Positions 1 to 13,290 of a DNA stretch of 64,000 nt are shown here, piece by piece. The DNA is taken from assembly GCA_011109175.1 (NCBI GenBank), contig RDEW01000023.1, positions 724,154 to 788,153 of the forward strand, read 5' to 3'. Each line of letters opens with the position of its first letter. Positions within the stretch are counted from its first letter, which is position 1. Position numbers and translations under genes: made by a program. Under the pieces are notes generated by a model, which was given only the letters and a program-made list of their open reading frames with translations, did not search any database and was not told the DNA's origin. Origin of the DNA: Dicyema japonicum (Eukaryota; Animalia; Dicyemida).

Positions 1-239
1 ATTTTAAAAAATTTTAAAGTAGAAAAAATCTGTTTTATTTTTAGAATTTATTTCCACCACGTGTAGTTTTAGTTGTGGCGGGACATTTTAATGCAATTAC
101 AAGCTAAAGCATTGACATTAGCCAAAATTAACTATTTAAATAATTTGTTATTCTAAACTCGCTTATTTTAAAATGAAACGATCATGAATAAAAATCTTAA
201 TTTATAAACGGAAAAAAAAGTCCGTTAACGAAATTACGG

Positions 240-440
240 ACTTGACTTTTTTCCATTTTGCGCTAAATTTCGAAAATTTATAAGGGAAAAAATTTCAAAA
301 ATGAAAAAAAAGTCAAGCGGAAAAAATTCAAGTATTGAAAAAATTTTTAAAAATTAAAAGATGCTAGTAGTATCACAAAAATGCGATATAAACTAAAAAA
401 AGAAACCTTGACTTTTTTTCCACTTGACTTTTTTTCCTAC
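240..440. repeat. Short inverted/direct repeat cluster (CTTGACTTTTTTTCC units), probably the end of a DNA transposon or MITE
   Basis: cttgacttttttcc at ~241 and twice at ~407-437; the reverse complement gaaaaaaaagtcaagcggaaaaaattcaag lies at ~303-332. Confidence 0.5.
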
Positions 441-770
441 AACCATTTTTGAACATATTCTACAGGATGGATGAACAGACACCATACCATGCCGCCATGG
501 AAGTATTTTTCGGCCATACTGTCTCCTGCATTCAGAGGACGTCCAAGGACACTTAGGAGGATTACGCAGTGATCGGGGGCCGACTGATGGATGCGTAAGA
601 TCTGGACGAGATCAGGAGACAAGCACGACAGCAAAAAGGATGAAAAAGACTATCGGAAAGGATAATCGAAAAACATGGCACGAGCGAAATCATAAACAGT
701 GCTTACTGGTAACGCGGATGTTCTTTAACTAACTAATGAAGTTTGCTACATCAGTGCCGATTACAATAGG
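437..770 (-). mobile_element. Degenerate non-LTR retrotransposon fragment, paralogous to 20520-20840
   Basis: Clear nucleotide similarity to ~20545-20840 (accatg..gccgccatggaag..ttttcggccatactg; ccaggacactt; gatctggacga). Confidence 0.6.
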
Positions 771-1324
771 ATTTCCACGACGAGTATAACTTTTTTCAGT
801 TTACAAGGTCGGTTGATGATGACTCACCTTTGCTTACTTTTCCTTAATGTCTGATGAGCAAAATAACATCAAGATAGATACTCATTCGAATTCTATTGAT
901 GTGGAATGTGACCAATCTATTAGTGTCGTTTGAATATCATGTAGAGTCCTTCTAAAACTTTGTATGAATCTTTTTGATTATTTCCTTAGATAATTTAAAA
1001 CTGTAGTGTTTAGGGAGGCCTCGTTGGATTAATTTTAGTTGGTGGTAAGATTACTTTGTTGAAAGACCCCAACGAAAGTTTCAATTTAGTCCTTGACTGA
1101 AAACTAGGTCAGTAATTTTTCTTTTTCTTTCCGAAACGACTCCCATTTGGGACGTTATTAGTTTATATGGTAATCTTATCTCTAACATCAGACAAGAGTA
1201 GTTCAATTATGGTCTGATCAAAAATCATATATCTATACAACAATTTTAATTTTGTTCGCTAATGAAAACTAATTATAATAATAGAAATGACTCACTTTAT
1301 TTACCCAACAATAAAATGTTAATA

Positions 1325-2285
1325 TTTAATAATCAACAACCTTCCTCGCCTGTCTGTTTGCTATCCTCCTCAGGAGGTTTGATTCTGGTTGCTGAAACAA
1401 CTCATAGAGTACCTTGTCCAATTGAAACCTATCCCCATATGGCATCTCCGGGCTCTGCCTTCTATACTCCAGTGTCAGGCTCTCTAGGGTCCGCTTTAAT
1501 ACAGTTGACTTTATATAGGTATAGAGCTTCCTACCTACCACTAACTGTTTAAGATTACCCTTGGTGGTATTTTGTTGCAACTCCTTCCCACTTCATTATT
1601 ATTTAAATAACGAGGTCCTTACAATCGTGCATCTGCCACTACTCGTTTGCAAACAAGTCATACTTTTTTTTCCACCTCCACATTCTACAAACGGTCTTGG
1701 GACGTAATGCCATTTTCTATGATAAGAACTTGTCCACGCTGAGGTTCGGTCTGTGTTAGTCAAAATAAACCGTCTACCTTGATTTGACTCTGATGTTTTC
1801 TACTACACATTGCACCTTATGAGTCGCAACTTTCTTGTGTGGCTAATGCACACTTATTGCATGATATAAGATAAAGACTCCTTACTACCGATTTATGCCT
1901 CCACACATAGTCGTGGCAGAGTGGGTGAATGATCAACCAACATGCTCCTTGAGTTACAATGGGGACATATATTCGTTGATCGACCCCAAAAAATATTGAG
2001 GTCTTGCATATACGTGTACAGCGTCTCCGATAGAGGTGAGTTGTCACCTTATTTTAGCCGTATTGTTGACGACTTAAGGTCGACATGTGGGTTGTCCAAT
2101 GCCCTAAAGAGGAATTTATGGGCTTTTTAAGTTGATTTTTTCAATCAAATTATTATATTGTAATTCGATCAACGTCTTCACATTTAGTAGCCCACCATCA
2201 TCAACACCATACTTAGCAGACAAAAAAGGTCCTGGGTGAGTTGCCCGTGTTTTCTCGGTCGTTATTATGGAGTGCTTCCTAGCAG
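1325..2285 (-). mobile_element. R4/Dong-like non-LTR retrotransposon 3' fragment (CCHC finger plus restriction-like endonuclease region)
   Basis: HDYVWRHKSVVRSLYLISCNK; collinear with 34230-35436; multiple frameshifts. Confidence 0.75.
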
Positions 2286-3599
2286 TAATTATAATTATTA
2301 AATTTATTTATTGAATCAAATTAATATTTAAAATGTTTGTTTTTAAATATTCAAATAATATATTTTAGGTATGGTCTTATCAAAACGTGGAATATTTAAT
2401 TCTTGTTTTTTGATACACCAGTCTTTCTATGCCTGGTCAATATTTTATCCTTCAATGATTTTTTGTGGAGTCCCAAAGATGTATTTTCTAACAAATTGGA
2501 ATTATGTAAATTATTTTATCTCAATTCAAGATTATTCAATTTATTTGTACAGTTTTATGCTGTCTTTCTCACAAATTCTCAAAAATTAAGAATTTATACT
2601 CATTTTTGTATTTTTCCTTGGCACTTCCAATCGGACTTGGTGTTGCTATTTCTTTTTGGATTTTTTATTTTTATGACATCTCTCTTCTCGCCTCTAAAAA
2701 ATGTGTAATTACTCCGCCAACTAATTTAAGCATAGTTTGACTTGTTTTAACTTAAAGCACCTTTTCTATGTTATACCTCTTTTTGTGAGTTTATTCGACC
2801 ATCAAGAACAACCGAGGTGGATACATAGATTTCTAGCATTGACTGCATTCCTTTTGACTTATACAGCTGTGTGAGAATTTTATTAATTTAGTTTGCTGTA
2901 CCTAAAAAACAAAATGAGCATTCATGTTTACCCACTTGTTGAGATGATGACTGATTGCTACATTTGTGTCACTGCTTTCATTGCTATATTGCTTGTAATG
3001 GGGATTTCACATGCAGCCTCGACACTCAATCATCGACTTACTAAGATTAAAAACGATTGATTTTTGAGGGTTTAATTTATTTTTTGGGGATATTTTTACA
3101 TTTTTGAAACAAGTGGTCTTAAAAAACCTCCACTTGAGCATTTTATTTAAGAGGGGAAAGGTTATGTTAAATAATCATTTTGGTTGCATACAAGTCCATG
3201 AGACTATTAATTCTCAACCAATCTGGATGGTAGGAATTATAAATTTGGGGGTAGGATTTTTAATTATTAAATTTTTCAAATTTTATAGAAAGAACGAATG
3301 TGTTAATGGAAAATAAAAAATGAATTCAAAATTATTATTTAATTAAATAAAAATTCAACTCAGCTCTATTTTTCCAACAAAAAAATAATGCTTTTTTTTG
3401 TTCTTCTACTTTTTTTATAGCTCCAGAGACCTTGAATTGCTAGCCGCTTTAAAACAGTGGACTGTAGATAAGCCGTTTCTGCAACAACGTGAACATTTTT
3501 TTGTTATTTTCATCCATGCTCTACTTGTGAAGACGATTTTACGGAGGACGTTTAGGTCATCTGCATGTTCGAGTTTCTTATTTAAGACACAAGATATTT

Positions 3600-3970
3600 G
3601 TGAGTTGCAATAGGGAGACAGTAGCGTAGATATCCGCTTTGTATAATAACAACGGCCTTTTTTCACGGAGCCGTGGTATTTATAGCTCCGCATAGGCAGG
3701 AGACACAGTTTATTTAAGTAAAAAACAATCAATCTTAACTAATCGTAGAACCAAGGAATGATTTTCATTTCTATTTTTTTTCTTTTTCTTGTGTGTGGGT
3801 CCTTTTTTTGACTTTCCAGAACCACAGTGATTGTCCACTGATGACGGAGTCACTCGTCAAGCCCTCTTAGCATCGCAAATGCGTGGAACCTTCCACCAGA
3901 TGAACAGCATCGAGATTCGAGCCCGTAACCTAAGTCACTTTGCCCGACACCTAACCACTATGCTACCCGG
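3600..3970 (-). mobile_element. tRNA-headed SINE-like element, copy 1
   Basis: Reverse complement begins ggtagcatagtggttaggtgtcgggc (A box) ... gggctcgaatctc (B-box-like) and aligns over ~340 nt with 17319-17660. Confidence 0.75.
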
Positions 3971-4439
3971 CTTTGTATATCTTCGAAAAACATGTTCTAT
4001 GTCGTCGACATAAACAATTTTAATTATGTCATATGATCCAATTTTTCCGCGCAGCAAACGCAATGTCACTTCAAGGTAGATAGTGAACAAAATCGGAGAT
4101 AAGCCTTAGATAGACAGTTCAGATGTCCTCTTAGTGATAAAGGTAGTTCAAATTTTTTTTTATAAATGTTGACAATTTTTTGTGTCAGTAATTCGGAAGC
4201 ATTTTTATGAGGTTTACATTTATTCTATCAATCGAAGGGTTAGTTTGATTTTTTAGTTGTTGATAGCGTTCAGAACCTGTTCGTATGTAATTGGGGTCCT
4301 CGTCGTGGAATTGGTTTTTAAAATGGGAAGCAATCGCATTTTATATTTTTTATGGATTTTCTTTATCGGTCAGTTACTTTTATTTTTCTAGCTATATTTG
4401 ATTTATGGTTTCTCTCTTACTGATGCTGAAATCAGTAAT

Positions 4440-5615
4440 ACTCACAGAACAAAAGAACAACTAAAAACAATATTCAGACGTCTGGAGAAGCTGAATGCAC
4501 ATACTCCCCTATTCCTGCTGAGAAACGCCTTATCAGCACAGAAACTTAACTACGTTCTTAGGGGCACCCTGCTACCTGAAAATGCAACATCTCGATGCTA
4601 TCGATTCCTTCTTCGGGACCACTATTGAACATATCAACAATGTGAATACTGACAAGCGAGGGTGGGGCCAAGTGACCCTATCCGTTAGCATGGGCGGACT
4701 GGAAATTCCTTTTCCTAAGGATCTGGCTTGCTCCGCGTATCTGCCCTCTTTAGGCTCCAGTCGACTTCTTATCAGGATGATTCTCCAACTTCAAACAGAA
4801 TCGTATAAAATCACAGATATGGAGCATTTGAAAGTGATGATTACTGAGCAGAAAGACCGTTACAGGATTATCTGCGAAGATAATTATGAGATGATTCTGA
4901 ACCATCAAACCAAGCCTGTCCAGACACTGAAAGATGCGAATGGAGTGACGCTTGGATCAATGTCTTTTACGTTGGTAATATAGGGATTCAGCTTAACGAT
5001 GATATTGTCCGCATCGGCATCTCCACCAGACTTGGACAGAAGATTTTCCAAACTCACAAATGTGTAGCACCACCGTCGACATTTATGGACACCATGCCCT
5101 TTCTTGTCGAAGAAGTGCAATACGATTCCCAAGACATAAGGTGATTAACGGAATTGTCAAGCGAGGCCTGGAGTCTGCGGGATACCCCGCCATAGTTGAA
5201 CCTGTTGGCTTGACAGAGGCGAGGGAAACGTCCTGAGAGAATCACAGTTTTCCCATTCGAAGAGAAGGCACCTTTGGTCTGGAATGCTACCTCTGTTGAT
5301 TCCTTTTGCCCATCCAACATTGTCGGGAGCGCGGTAGACACACTCCATGCCACGGAAAAAAACGATGATGGTAAAAAAGAAGAAATACTAAGCGCTATAC
5401 TACCGATTCGCGTTCTATCCCATTGTGGTCGAGATAACTGGAAGAATAAGTGGAAAATTGTTCGCTTCCTAAAGAAGTTTGGACGCCTAGCTACACCAAA
5501 AAGCCAAGACACACGTGAGACCCGGTAGCTGATCTCTAGAGAAATTGTGAAAGGCAACGTAACGTCGATAATGTCAACAGGGACCACTTTGGATGGATGG
5601 CTTTGTTAATTAAAT
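4440..5615 (+). mobile_element. CRE-like non-LTR retrotransposon 3' part (RT thumb plus RLE), degenerate
   Basis: LLRNALSAQKLNYVLRG, WGQVTLSVSMGGLEIP, LVWNATSVDSF, terminal IVKGNVTSIMS; typical C-terminus of RLE-type CRE-like elements. Confidence 0.7.
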
Positions 5616-5619
5616 ATTG

Positions 5620-6850
5620 TCGTATAGCATAAGAACCCTCTGTAGTTCCCTTCTCTTCTTTAATTCTTCGTTTTAAGCTTCCATTTAGCATTTTCCTTTG
5701 TATTCTTGACAATTCTTGAATTTCCTTATATATAATGTTCGTTGTGGGTCTTATTGAGACGACCTTCAGTAAACTCAGGGCTGCACTCCTAATTCAGCCC
5801 GAAATTCCACTCCAACTTTGGTAGGGTTACAGGTTTCAGGTAATCTAAAAATATGGCTGTTGATGCTTTCCATAAATCTTTCCCGAATGTTAGCATTTGT
5901 GTTCAATGATTCAACCAAAATCCTCGTGTTATGATATTTATGTGATTTGTAATTGCCCCGTGGTTGGTTACTTTTAAATGAGAAATGACTGCTTTGTGAT
6001 CATTTGAGACCAATATTTCTGCATATGATTGTGAATAACATTCCTTTGAAATTTTCTTTGCATAATAGTCTATCTGATTGTAAGTCTCCTCTTTTCCTCT
6101 GACCAATCCAAGTGGTCATATGTTTTGCTGTGTTTGAAAATAGAATTTTATATGAGATCCCAGCTGAAGTATAAAAGTCAAGAAGTGCATCTCCTTTGGC
6201 GTTTCTTTTGCCTCTGTCGTGACCATCAATGAATTCACTATTACGCGTCTTCCAGCTTTCGAGTTTCAACCTCCAGCAATAAAAAAATAGTGGCATCCAT
6301 AAATATCTTTGAGAGTCAAAAACATCACAGTGTAGAATGGGTCAATTAAATCTGGATTATTCGCAGTTATACCCATTGTGGAAGCATTTATATTATTAAT
6401 TTATTTCTGCTAATTTATTGATAATNTCGAAGACATCACAGTGTAGAATGGATCAATTAAATCTGTATTATTCGCAGTTATACCCATTGTGGGAGCATTT
6501 ATATTTATTATTTCTGCTAATTTATTGATAATTTGGATTATGCAAATCCTGTCATTGATATTACATCGCAATGCTTTTATGCTCCACAAAGCCCATCCAT
6601 AGTGCCTACAGTCCCAGAAACAGAAATTTGTATTCCCCATAGTCTTCATCCAGTTGGGTGGATACTTTAGTTCCTGAAAGCATTCAACAGACACTCCGTA
6701 ATTCTGTAGATCTTGGCAAAGCTGCTTTTTCGTATTTAAGAACTGATTCTTCTCACATTAAAAGTAATAATTCATTTGTTTATAGTGGTTCGAGACAGAG
6801 AGTGACGTCACTACCTCAATCAATATTGATTTTTAGAAGGACTGGAAATT
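5620..6850 (-). mobile_element. RTE-like LINE, APE endonuclease fragment
   Basis: ININAPT, TYNQIDY, SNDHKAVIS motifs; includes an assembly duplication at N 6426. Confidence 0.65.
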
Positions 6851-7119
6851 TATAAAATATCTGAATTAGTCGTGAAAACAGTCTGTTCCCATACGATTGG
6901 AGAGTAAGTGATTGTCCCATCACTGAAAATGATATTATCTGATGTTGTGGGTATCATCGGAAAATATAAAAAAATACCACTCAGCAATTAGTTAATAATT
7001 TAGGTAACCCCAGCCTCACAAAACTTGTAGGAGGCCAGCAGCTATTAAGTATGACGCAGCAGATCTTGGTCGCTCACATAGATCGGTCAATCCCGGCATT
7101 GTAGACGAACATTGTGCTA

Positions 7120-7430
7120 ATTTATGACTTTCAAATAGGTGATTTGTCGTCAACACCTATAGGTTGTAAAATTGACAGAGGATATCGTACATCGGTAGAT
7201 AAGGGTGACTGAGTGGCCAAATGATCAACAGTTTTCTTGCTTTTATTACAATGGTTGCATAATGACCCTGTGTGTGCAAAAAAACAAATTCCTATCTTGC
7301 AAAAGACAGTACAATGCTTCGCTCCGTGGGCCGTTATTTCCTTTGGATAACCATTCTGAGGAAATAGATAAATCGACATTTGTTTCATCAATACATTTGA
7401 ACAAAATAGAGTGTAGTGTTCTGCAATAAA
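7120..7430 (-). mobile_element. R4-like retrotransposon zinc-finger fragment
   Basis: CNHCNKSKKTVDHLATQ. Confidence 0.6.
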
Positions 7431-7989
7431 TTTTATTTAATAATTATTTCCTCTGAGTGTCCTTGAGGGTCTTACTTTCCCTTCGGCAATTGCATATTTA
7501 GAGGCAAGAAATCCTGCGATTGTAGCCAAGTGCCATTTTTTGTTTTTATTACTCCCAGAATCCCCGATCTTCGCAAACACATATCCGACTGTTTTTCCAA
7601 ACTTTTAAAAAACTGGAAGAGTATTTATTCGCTCTTAAACGAATTTTTTTAAGTCTTTAAAAAAATTCTGGCAAATTAAAACAATAAAACTTAATTCAAG
7701 TAGCATGTTTCGTTGTGATTCTAGTGATCGATATACAACAAGACTCACTATCGAACAAAAAGTGTGAATATTTCTTTATAAGAACGACAACTTATTATTA
7801 TGCCAAGGTGTTTCAAAAACTATTTCAAAATTATTAATTAGATTTTAAAATTTGCCATTTCCCAAATTTGCCGCAAAAAATGATGATAAAAATGGCAAAT
7901 TCGATGGGACAAAACAGGAGACCTTGATATCTGTCTTGTATTTGACATCGGTCCCTTGACATCGGCGAAAAAACGAAATGTTTAATTTT

Positions 7990-8280
7990 GTCTAAAAGCA
8001 CGTTTGACTTGGTATGGACAATTGTGTTTGGGTGAATTAGAGATTCTTTTTGTTTAATTTCTTCGGCCAGTAGATGGCTACTATTTTCTCAGCTGATTTC
8101 TCTGGTATCTGTTAAATCTGTCAAGATCTGCTTTCGATGTTCCCACGTTCCTGAGTTTTAGAGTAGGATTAGTTTTACGATTTCATTAAATACCGTTACT
8201 CGGAGTTTCAGAGACAAATGCTACACGTCTTCATATAATCCATTGGCAGTGCTCCTCAATTATGTCCTTGAGAGCAAACA
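7990..8280 (-). mobile_element. RTE-like LINE post-RT fragment
   Basis: Hand translation VSLKLRVTVFNEIVKLILL..NSGTW..SKADLDRFNRYQRNQLRK..IYWPKK. Confidence 0.55.
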
Positions 8281-8599
8281 GTTGTTTATTTCGTCAAATA
8301 GACTCGAAAAACTTTAATAAGTCAACTTTCAGAATTTACATCATTTTTCTGAGCCTTTGACATATAGCCTTAAGCCAATGTTGGCTCCTGACGATATCAA
8401 TGGTAGACCTTGACTGTCAAATCTAAATACACTTGACCCTTGCAAATTGACCATTTTTGATTCCTTAGAATTTTGTGGCCAATTTGAAAATATAAAATCA
8501 ATAATTTTGATGAATAATGAACAAAGAATTTTAAAAAATACCTTAAACGAACAAAAAAAAGTTTTATTAAAATGAAATTCCTAAATGTTTTTTCTTTGC

Positions 8600-9620
8600 T
8601 TCAATAATACTTGCTTTGTACTTTTTCTTATTGAAGAAATTAGAGAAACTTGATGTTCATTTTCAACATTGGCTAAGAGTTCCCTCTCTATTGCAGTTAA
8701 TCTTACTGGAATATCCATTTTTTCTACAAGTCTTATTTTTTCAGATTCTTGTTAACTAATTTCTGAATCTTCTAAAGAATTTTCAAGCATCATTCAGAAA
8801 ACCACCTAGAAATTTGATTTTTCGAAAAGTACACTTAGACTCCAATATATATTCAACCAACTTTTCTTCAAGCCTTGAAAACTTTGGTTTATGTGCAGTT
8901 TTAAAAGACGGTGATAATTTTTTAATTTTTCAAAATAGTTTCATTCTTTAGCAAAAGATTATTTATTGTTTTTCTCGATATTGTCTTTCGAAACATGTTT
9001 GAGAATCTATCAGCTAACTGCAGAAATAGCATCATTTTCTTTTTTATAATTAACAATTTGAGTTTTTTATTAAAAGTAAGCTGAGCATGTCCACTAGAGG
9101 AATCGAAAAACGTGTTAATTAAATTTTTATTTTTTTCCAATTCAGTCGAGTGGTCACCAGAATCATCCGACTCAGAGTTATAATAGATAAGGTTTTCCCT
9201 GATACATTATTAGAACCCGCAAGACCCATAGCCCAGATCTTTAAAAAGAAAAAGTTGTCTATCTCGATGTTGAGTGGTCTTGCACTTCTACCAGAATTTT
9301 TTACAGGCAATAATATTCCCATTGAAATTTTAACTGGACGGTAATTGTGAATATTTCGTTGAACTAAAAAATATTTTTGTCTTATTGACTCTGCGTATTT
9401 CAATAGTTCTCCACAAATATTTTCAAACTCATGTGCTCTCTATTATTCAAGCGCCTGAGACCTTCCATAATTTCTGCAATTATTAAGTGAACGAGGTTCA
9501 CCTTTGAACTGCAATACATGTAAGATGTCATCACGATTAAATCGATTGATAAAATGGTAAGTTATGGGGCTTGTGGTTGGTGTAGCATTATTTGCCAAGA
9601 GAGCAGCATTATTTTCCAGT
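8600..9620 (-). pseudogene. Disrupted coding relic, possibly atlastin/GBP (GB1/RHD3-type GTPase)-like
   Basis: ORFs 9443-9637 and 9119-9403 are in frame across two stops; weak resemblance to atlastin segments (TYHFINRFNRDDILHVLQF, VQRNIHNYRPVKISMGILLP, EIDNFF); no P-loop seen. Confidence 0.3.
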
Positions 9621-9624
9621 TCTT

Positions 9625-10445
9625 CATCCACAATCAACTGTCTTCTTCCTGGCTTAGCATCGTTCGCATAGGATATTTCATAAAGCCTTCTGAGTCAACT
9701 TATTGACTACACGATTTTGTGATCGCTATTAGTCAGTTCCTCCATTTGAACAGGAGTCCACTAATAGTCTTTTGAACGTCTGTTTACATAAAATATAGTC
9801 GATTTGATTATAAATATTTATTTTCTCTTTTTTTTATTTTTTATGCAGCCAACCTATGTAGTTTAAAGTCTGCAAGCAGGCTGAAAGACCATATTGCACC
9901 AAAATAAATCGACAGTTTCTATATGAGTTACGATAACTTCCTTCTTTGGTTTCCAATACAGTTTCTACCACCATGTCTAATTCCTGCTTTAGAATTCCAG
10001 TCTTCTGCGACCAAAATTAGTCTGCATGAACAAAGTTGAGAGTATATTTTGGATAAACTCTAATTTTAAAATCAAGCTCATCTATTGAAGTTGTTAATCT
10101 TCCTGTGTAGGGAGCACAGACATTAATGACAGACATAATCTATTTCTTCTTAGGTGACCAATATCCAATTAAATGATAGATATCCGGTCAGTAACTCTTC
10201 ATATTTTTGAGTAGCCGATTTGCAATTGATAGATGTACTACAAAGCCAATTCCAAAGTGACGACAATTGGACGGTAATAGTATTATCGGATAATTTCCAT
10301 TCTATACATCACGATACACTTTCCCCTTCACCTCTTATAGACATACAACGCTAACTTTATATCTATCCAAATTCATGCATATAATCTCATGTTTAGAGTT
10401 CTAAGCGAGTCCTCTGACGTTGAAAGTTGCAATTGAAAAAAGGTT
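9625..10445 (-). mobile_element. RTE-like LINE, APE endonuclease domain, degenerate
   Basis: FSIATFNVRGL at the 5' end; IDYILCKQTFKRLLVDS..TNSDHKIV at the 3' end. Confidence 0.7.
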
Positions 10446-10645
10446 AGAGTAGACAGACTGAGAATATGATAAAGACAAGACATTATTAGAGAAATGTCAG
10501 CCGCTCACTCAACAACTGTAAAGAGAGGGAAAATAAACTTAAATATCACCAATTTTTTTACTTTTTATATGGTAAACATAAAAATATTTAATATAATATT
10601 TAATTTTTTTTTTAAATATTTGAGTCAAGTATTTAAATTCACGTT

Positions 10646-11577
10646 ATGCATGACGGGGTAGTGAATATAATACATGATCTAGTATGACTTATCTGCGTCG
10701 CAATTTGCGCCGGATGGAATTGTTTTCCAAGTAAAATACGCACAAAAAGCAGTTGACAACAGCAAGTTTGTTATTTGAATTTATCTTTAGTACCGTTGTT
10801 TGCCTTGTAGGGAAAACCGGTGTTGTTTTTGCAGTTGAAAAGGCTAATCGTGGAATTTTATATGAACCAGAAAAGGAAATTCGTACATTTAATTTATCCG
10901 ATAAGATTGGAATGGTTTTAATATTTGAACACCGTTAGACCTTTTCTGGTCTTGTAGCTGATGCCCATAAAATCGTTGACTTTGGAAGAAGGGAATGTCG
11001 TAGTTATCTACTAGATAAGGGAGTCGAAATCCCGATAAATGTGAATTTTTTGTTTATGTTAGACTCTTGCGTCGAAAATCGCTATGTATATGCACATGTA
11101 TACTCTGCATTCGTCGGTTCGACCTTTCGGATTGAATATTGCTGTTGCTGGACTTGATTCCTTGAAAGATGGAGCTCCCACTCTTTGTTCAATAGATGCT
11201 TCTGGTAGTGTCTATGTATTTTGTCCAATGTTATTTAGCGATGTTTTGGAACTGCTTTTGGCAAGAATAACCATGCTGCCAAGACTGAGATTGAGGCACT
11301 CTCCGACGTATTTTTGGATTTAATTTTTAGATGAAATTAATGGAAAAAGATGATTTAGTGAGAGAGGCTGTTAAACTGTAAGTTGAAGTGTTTTATGGTT
11401 AGAATACATTCAGTACATGATCGGTCTCGGACTAAGAGGATAGAAGTTGAAGTAGCCTACGTGGGAAATGAGACTAATATGGAGTTTGGAACTATTCCAA
11501 ATCAAGAGAGGGAAAGTGCTGTGGGTCATGCTGAGGAGTATATAAGACACCGGGATGAGTCATCGGATGATGAATAA
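10646..11577 (+). CDS. PSMA3: 20S proteasome subunit alpha type-3 (alpha7); 8 exons
   Basis: Spliced product MHDG|[64 protein letters not shown]..acidic tail DESSDDE*. GT-AG introns 10658-10682, 10766-10790, 10915-10938, 11041-11062, 11216-11238, 11308-11330, 11378-11402 (22-25 nt) give one open frame. Confidence 0.96.
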
Positions 11578-11779
11578 TTAGTACTATCTCATTTTCTTTT
11601 AATTTATGGCCTTTATTTAGTTTTCATTAATTTTTATGTAAATGATTATAAATGTTCATGGTTATTAACGACATAGATGACATAATTACATGTTTTTTCC
11701 CTTAAAGACAGTCATTGTCCAATTTTTCTAAACATGCTTTACCGTCGATAGGTTATTGCTTACTGGAAACTTTACCTTG

Positions 11780-12310
11780 CAATATGTTTGCCTTCGAATT
11801 TAGTTACTCTTATGACGGACACAAGGTCTTGTACGACTTTGTGGAGCATCAGGATCCGGTACATGATGATTATATACAGTTATAGCATTCCTGTATGCCC
11901 GGTTTAGCATGGTTTTTTCTCCCTTTGGAGCAATCACCGCAAGCTCCTCCAAGGTTAATATTTTTCCACCAGGTTCCAGAATTCTCGCAAGTGCCTTCTG
12001 TTTCACTTGAAAAGCACAAACCGTTATCTTTAATACCTTTTCCAGGATAAATCGTAGATCGTGAGTCATAGTCCCCACATAAACAGGAACTACGTTCGTA
12101 ACTGTAGATTTTTGAAGATGTTTTACCAGATTAGACATTGGGGTTTTGTTAGTCCTGCTCATCAGGAGACGTTGCAAAACCACCCTTTTGAACCCAGAGT
12201 CAATCTTTCTGATACGCGTAGACCTTGATCAGCTCCCTCATGCATAAATTTGGTGTGTGAGGGCAAGTTCGTCTGACTTTCCTTTCGCATCGGTGACTTA
12301 TATCGATTCC
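11780..12310 (-). pseudogene. RPL18: 60S ribosomal protein L18 (eL18) pseudogene, intronless, frameshifted
   Basis: GIDISHRCERKVRR..VVLQRLLMSRTN..VGTMTHDLR..ARILEPGGKILTLEELA..APKG..TRPCVRHK; frameshifts in the 5' part, no start codon, premature stop. Confidence 0.85.
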
Positions 12311-12971
12311 TTAAAATATGAATATAGATTTTTTTGCAAATGTAAAAAAAACTGCAGAACTTTACCAGGATGGTTGTACTTCCCTGGACGGAGTAGTCAC
12401 TTATGTACCATACTATCTGGATGCAAGGTCTGTGCCTAAAGGTTAGCCCAAGTTAAAAAAAGAAATCGTATCAAAAAGTCTGTCCGGTTAACAACGGAGA
12501 AAAATCTCTTGTTGAGGGCTTTGAACAATGAAAAAAAACCAGAGAGTTAGAACACAGAAATCCAAATTCTCTCGTCTTTAAACGATATAGATCCACTGCA
12601 GAATTTTGGAACGTTGAGACCTTTCATGGACTGATAAAAGGTCATCTAAGGATGATCACAGCCTAAACCACAAGGAAATCGAAAGAATGTATTTTGCTTC
12701 ATTGAGGCCACAAGGTTTTCAACTCAGTATCTAGGAAGATTCTCGGATAATTTTTAAAACAAAGCTTAACTATGGTTAGCTAACCTCCTTACAGCCGGAA
12801 AGAAAATGTTTTGCATCAGATATTAAAAATATATTCATGGCCTCTTTCTAATAGTGTTCCCCAAGGATCTATTCTGTCTTTCTTTTTATTTAATCTATTT
12901 ATGGCCGGTCTCCAACATCGGAAGTCAAAATGGTATTCTTACTTATGCTGATGATGTCGTCATAGCTTTAC

Positions 12972-13290
12972 CAGGGGTTCCCAACCGGTGGTGCTCGCAG
13001 CCCCAGGAGTGCGAAATTTTTAAAATTTATAGTTAATTTTTGTGCACTTCAAATAGAATTCCACAATTGTACATTGGAGGAGATTGAAAATGTACCCTCG
13101 ATTATCTTAAATGGCTTTATATGAACTTATTCCATTTGCAACGACATAATTGTGTGAATCAGGATTCAGCTCTTTTTTGGATATTAAAAATAAATACAGA
13201 AATCTCTCGAAACCAGAAAAAAACATTCGTATTGCGATTAGCAACAAAATCCAAGATTCGACAAAATCATTAAAAATAAACAAGAACAAA
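12972..13290 (+). mobile_element. hAT (Charlie/Buster-type) transposon remnant
   Basis: TIR-like CAGGGGTTCCCAACC at 12972; dimerisation-domain motif IPFATT*LCESGFS..IKNKYRN..IRIAIS. Confidence 0.7.

Noticed and set aside
2370-3060. Possible degenerate gene
   Set aside because: No recognisable motif or consistent micro-intron model on either strand
3838-3865. Hammerhead ribozyme core (CTGATGA), also at ~851
   Set aside because: No GAAA after a stem II and no closing stems; the 3838 site is the antisense of a SINE hairpin
10646-11577. Alternative genetic code (stop read-through as in ciliates) to explain the fragmented ORFs
   Set aside because: The stops fall inside removable GT-AG segments, genes end at TAA, and frameshifts between exons need splicing rather than recoding
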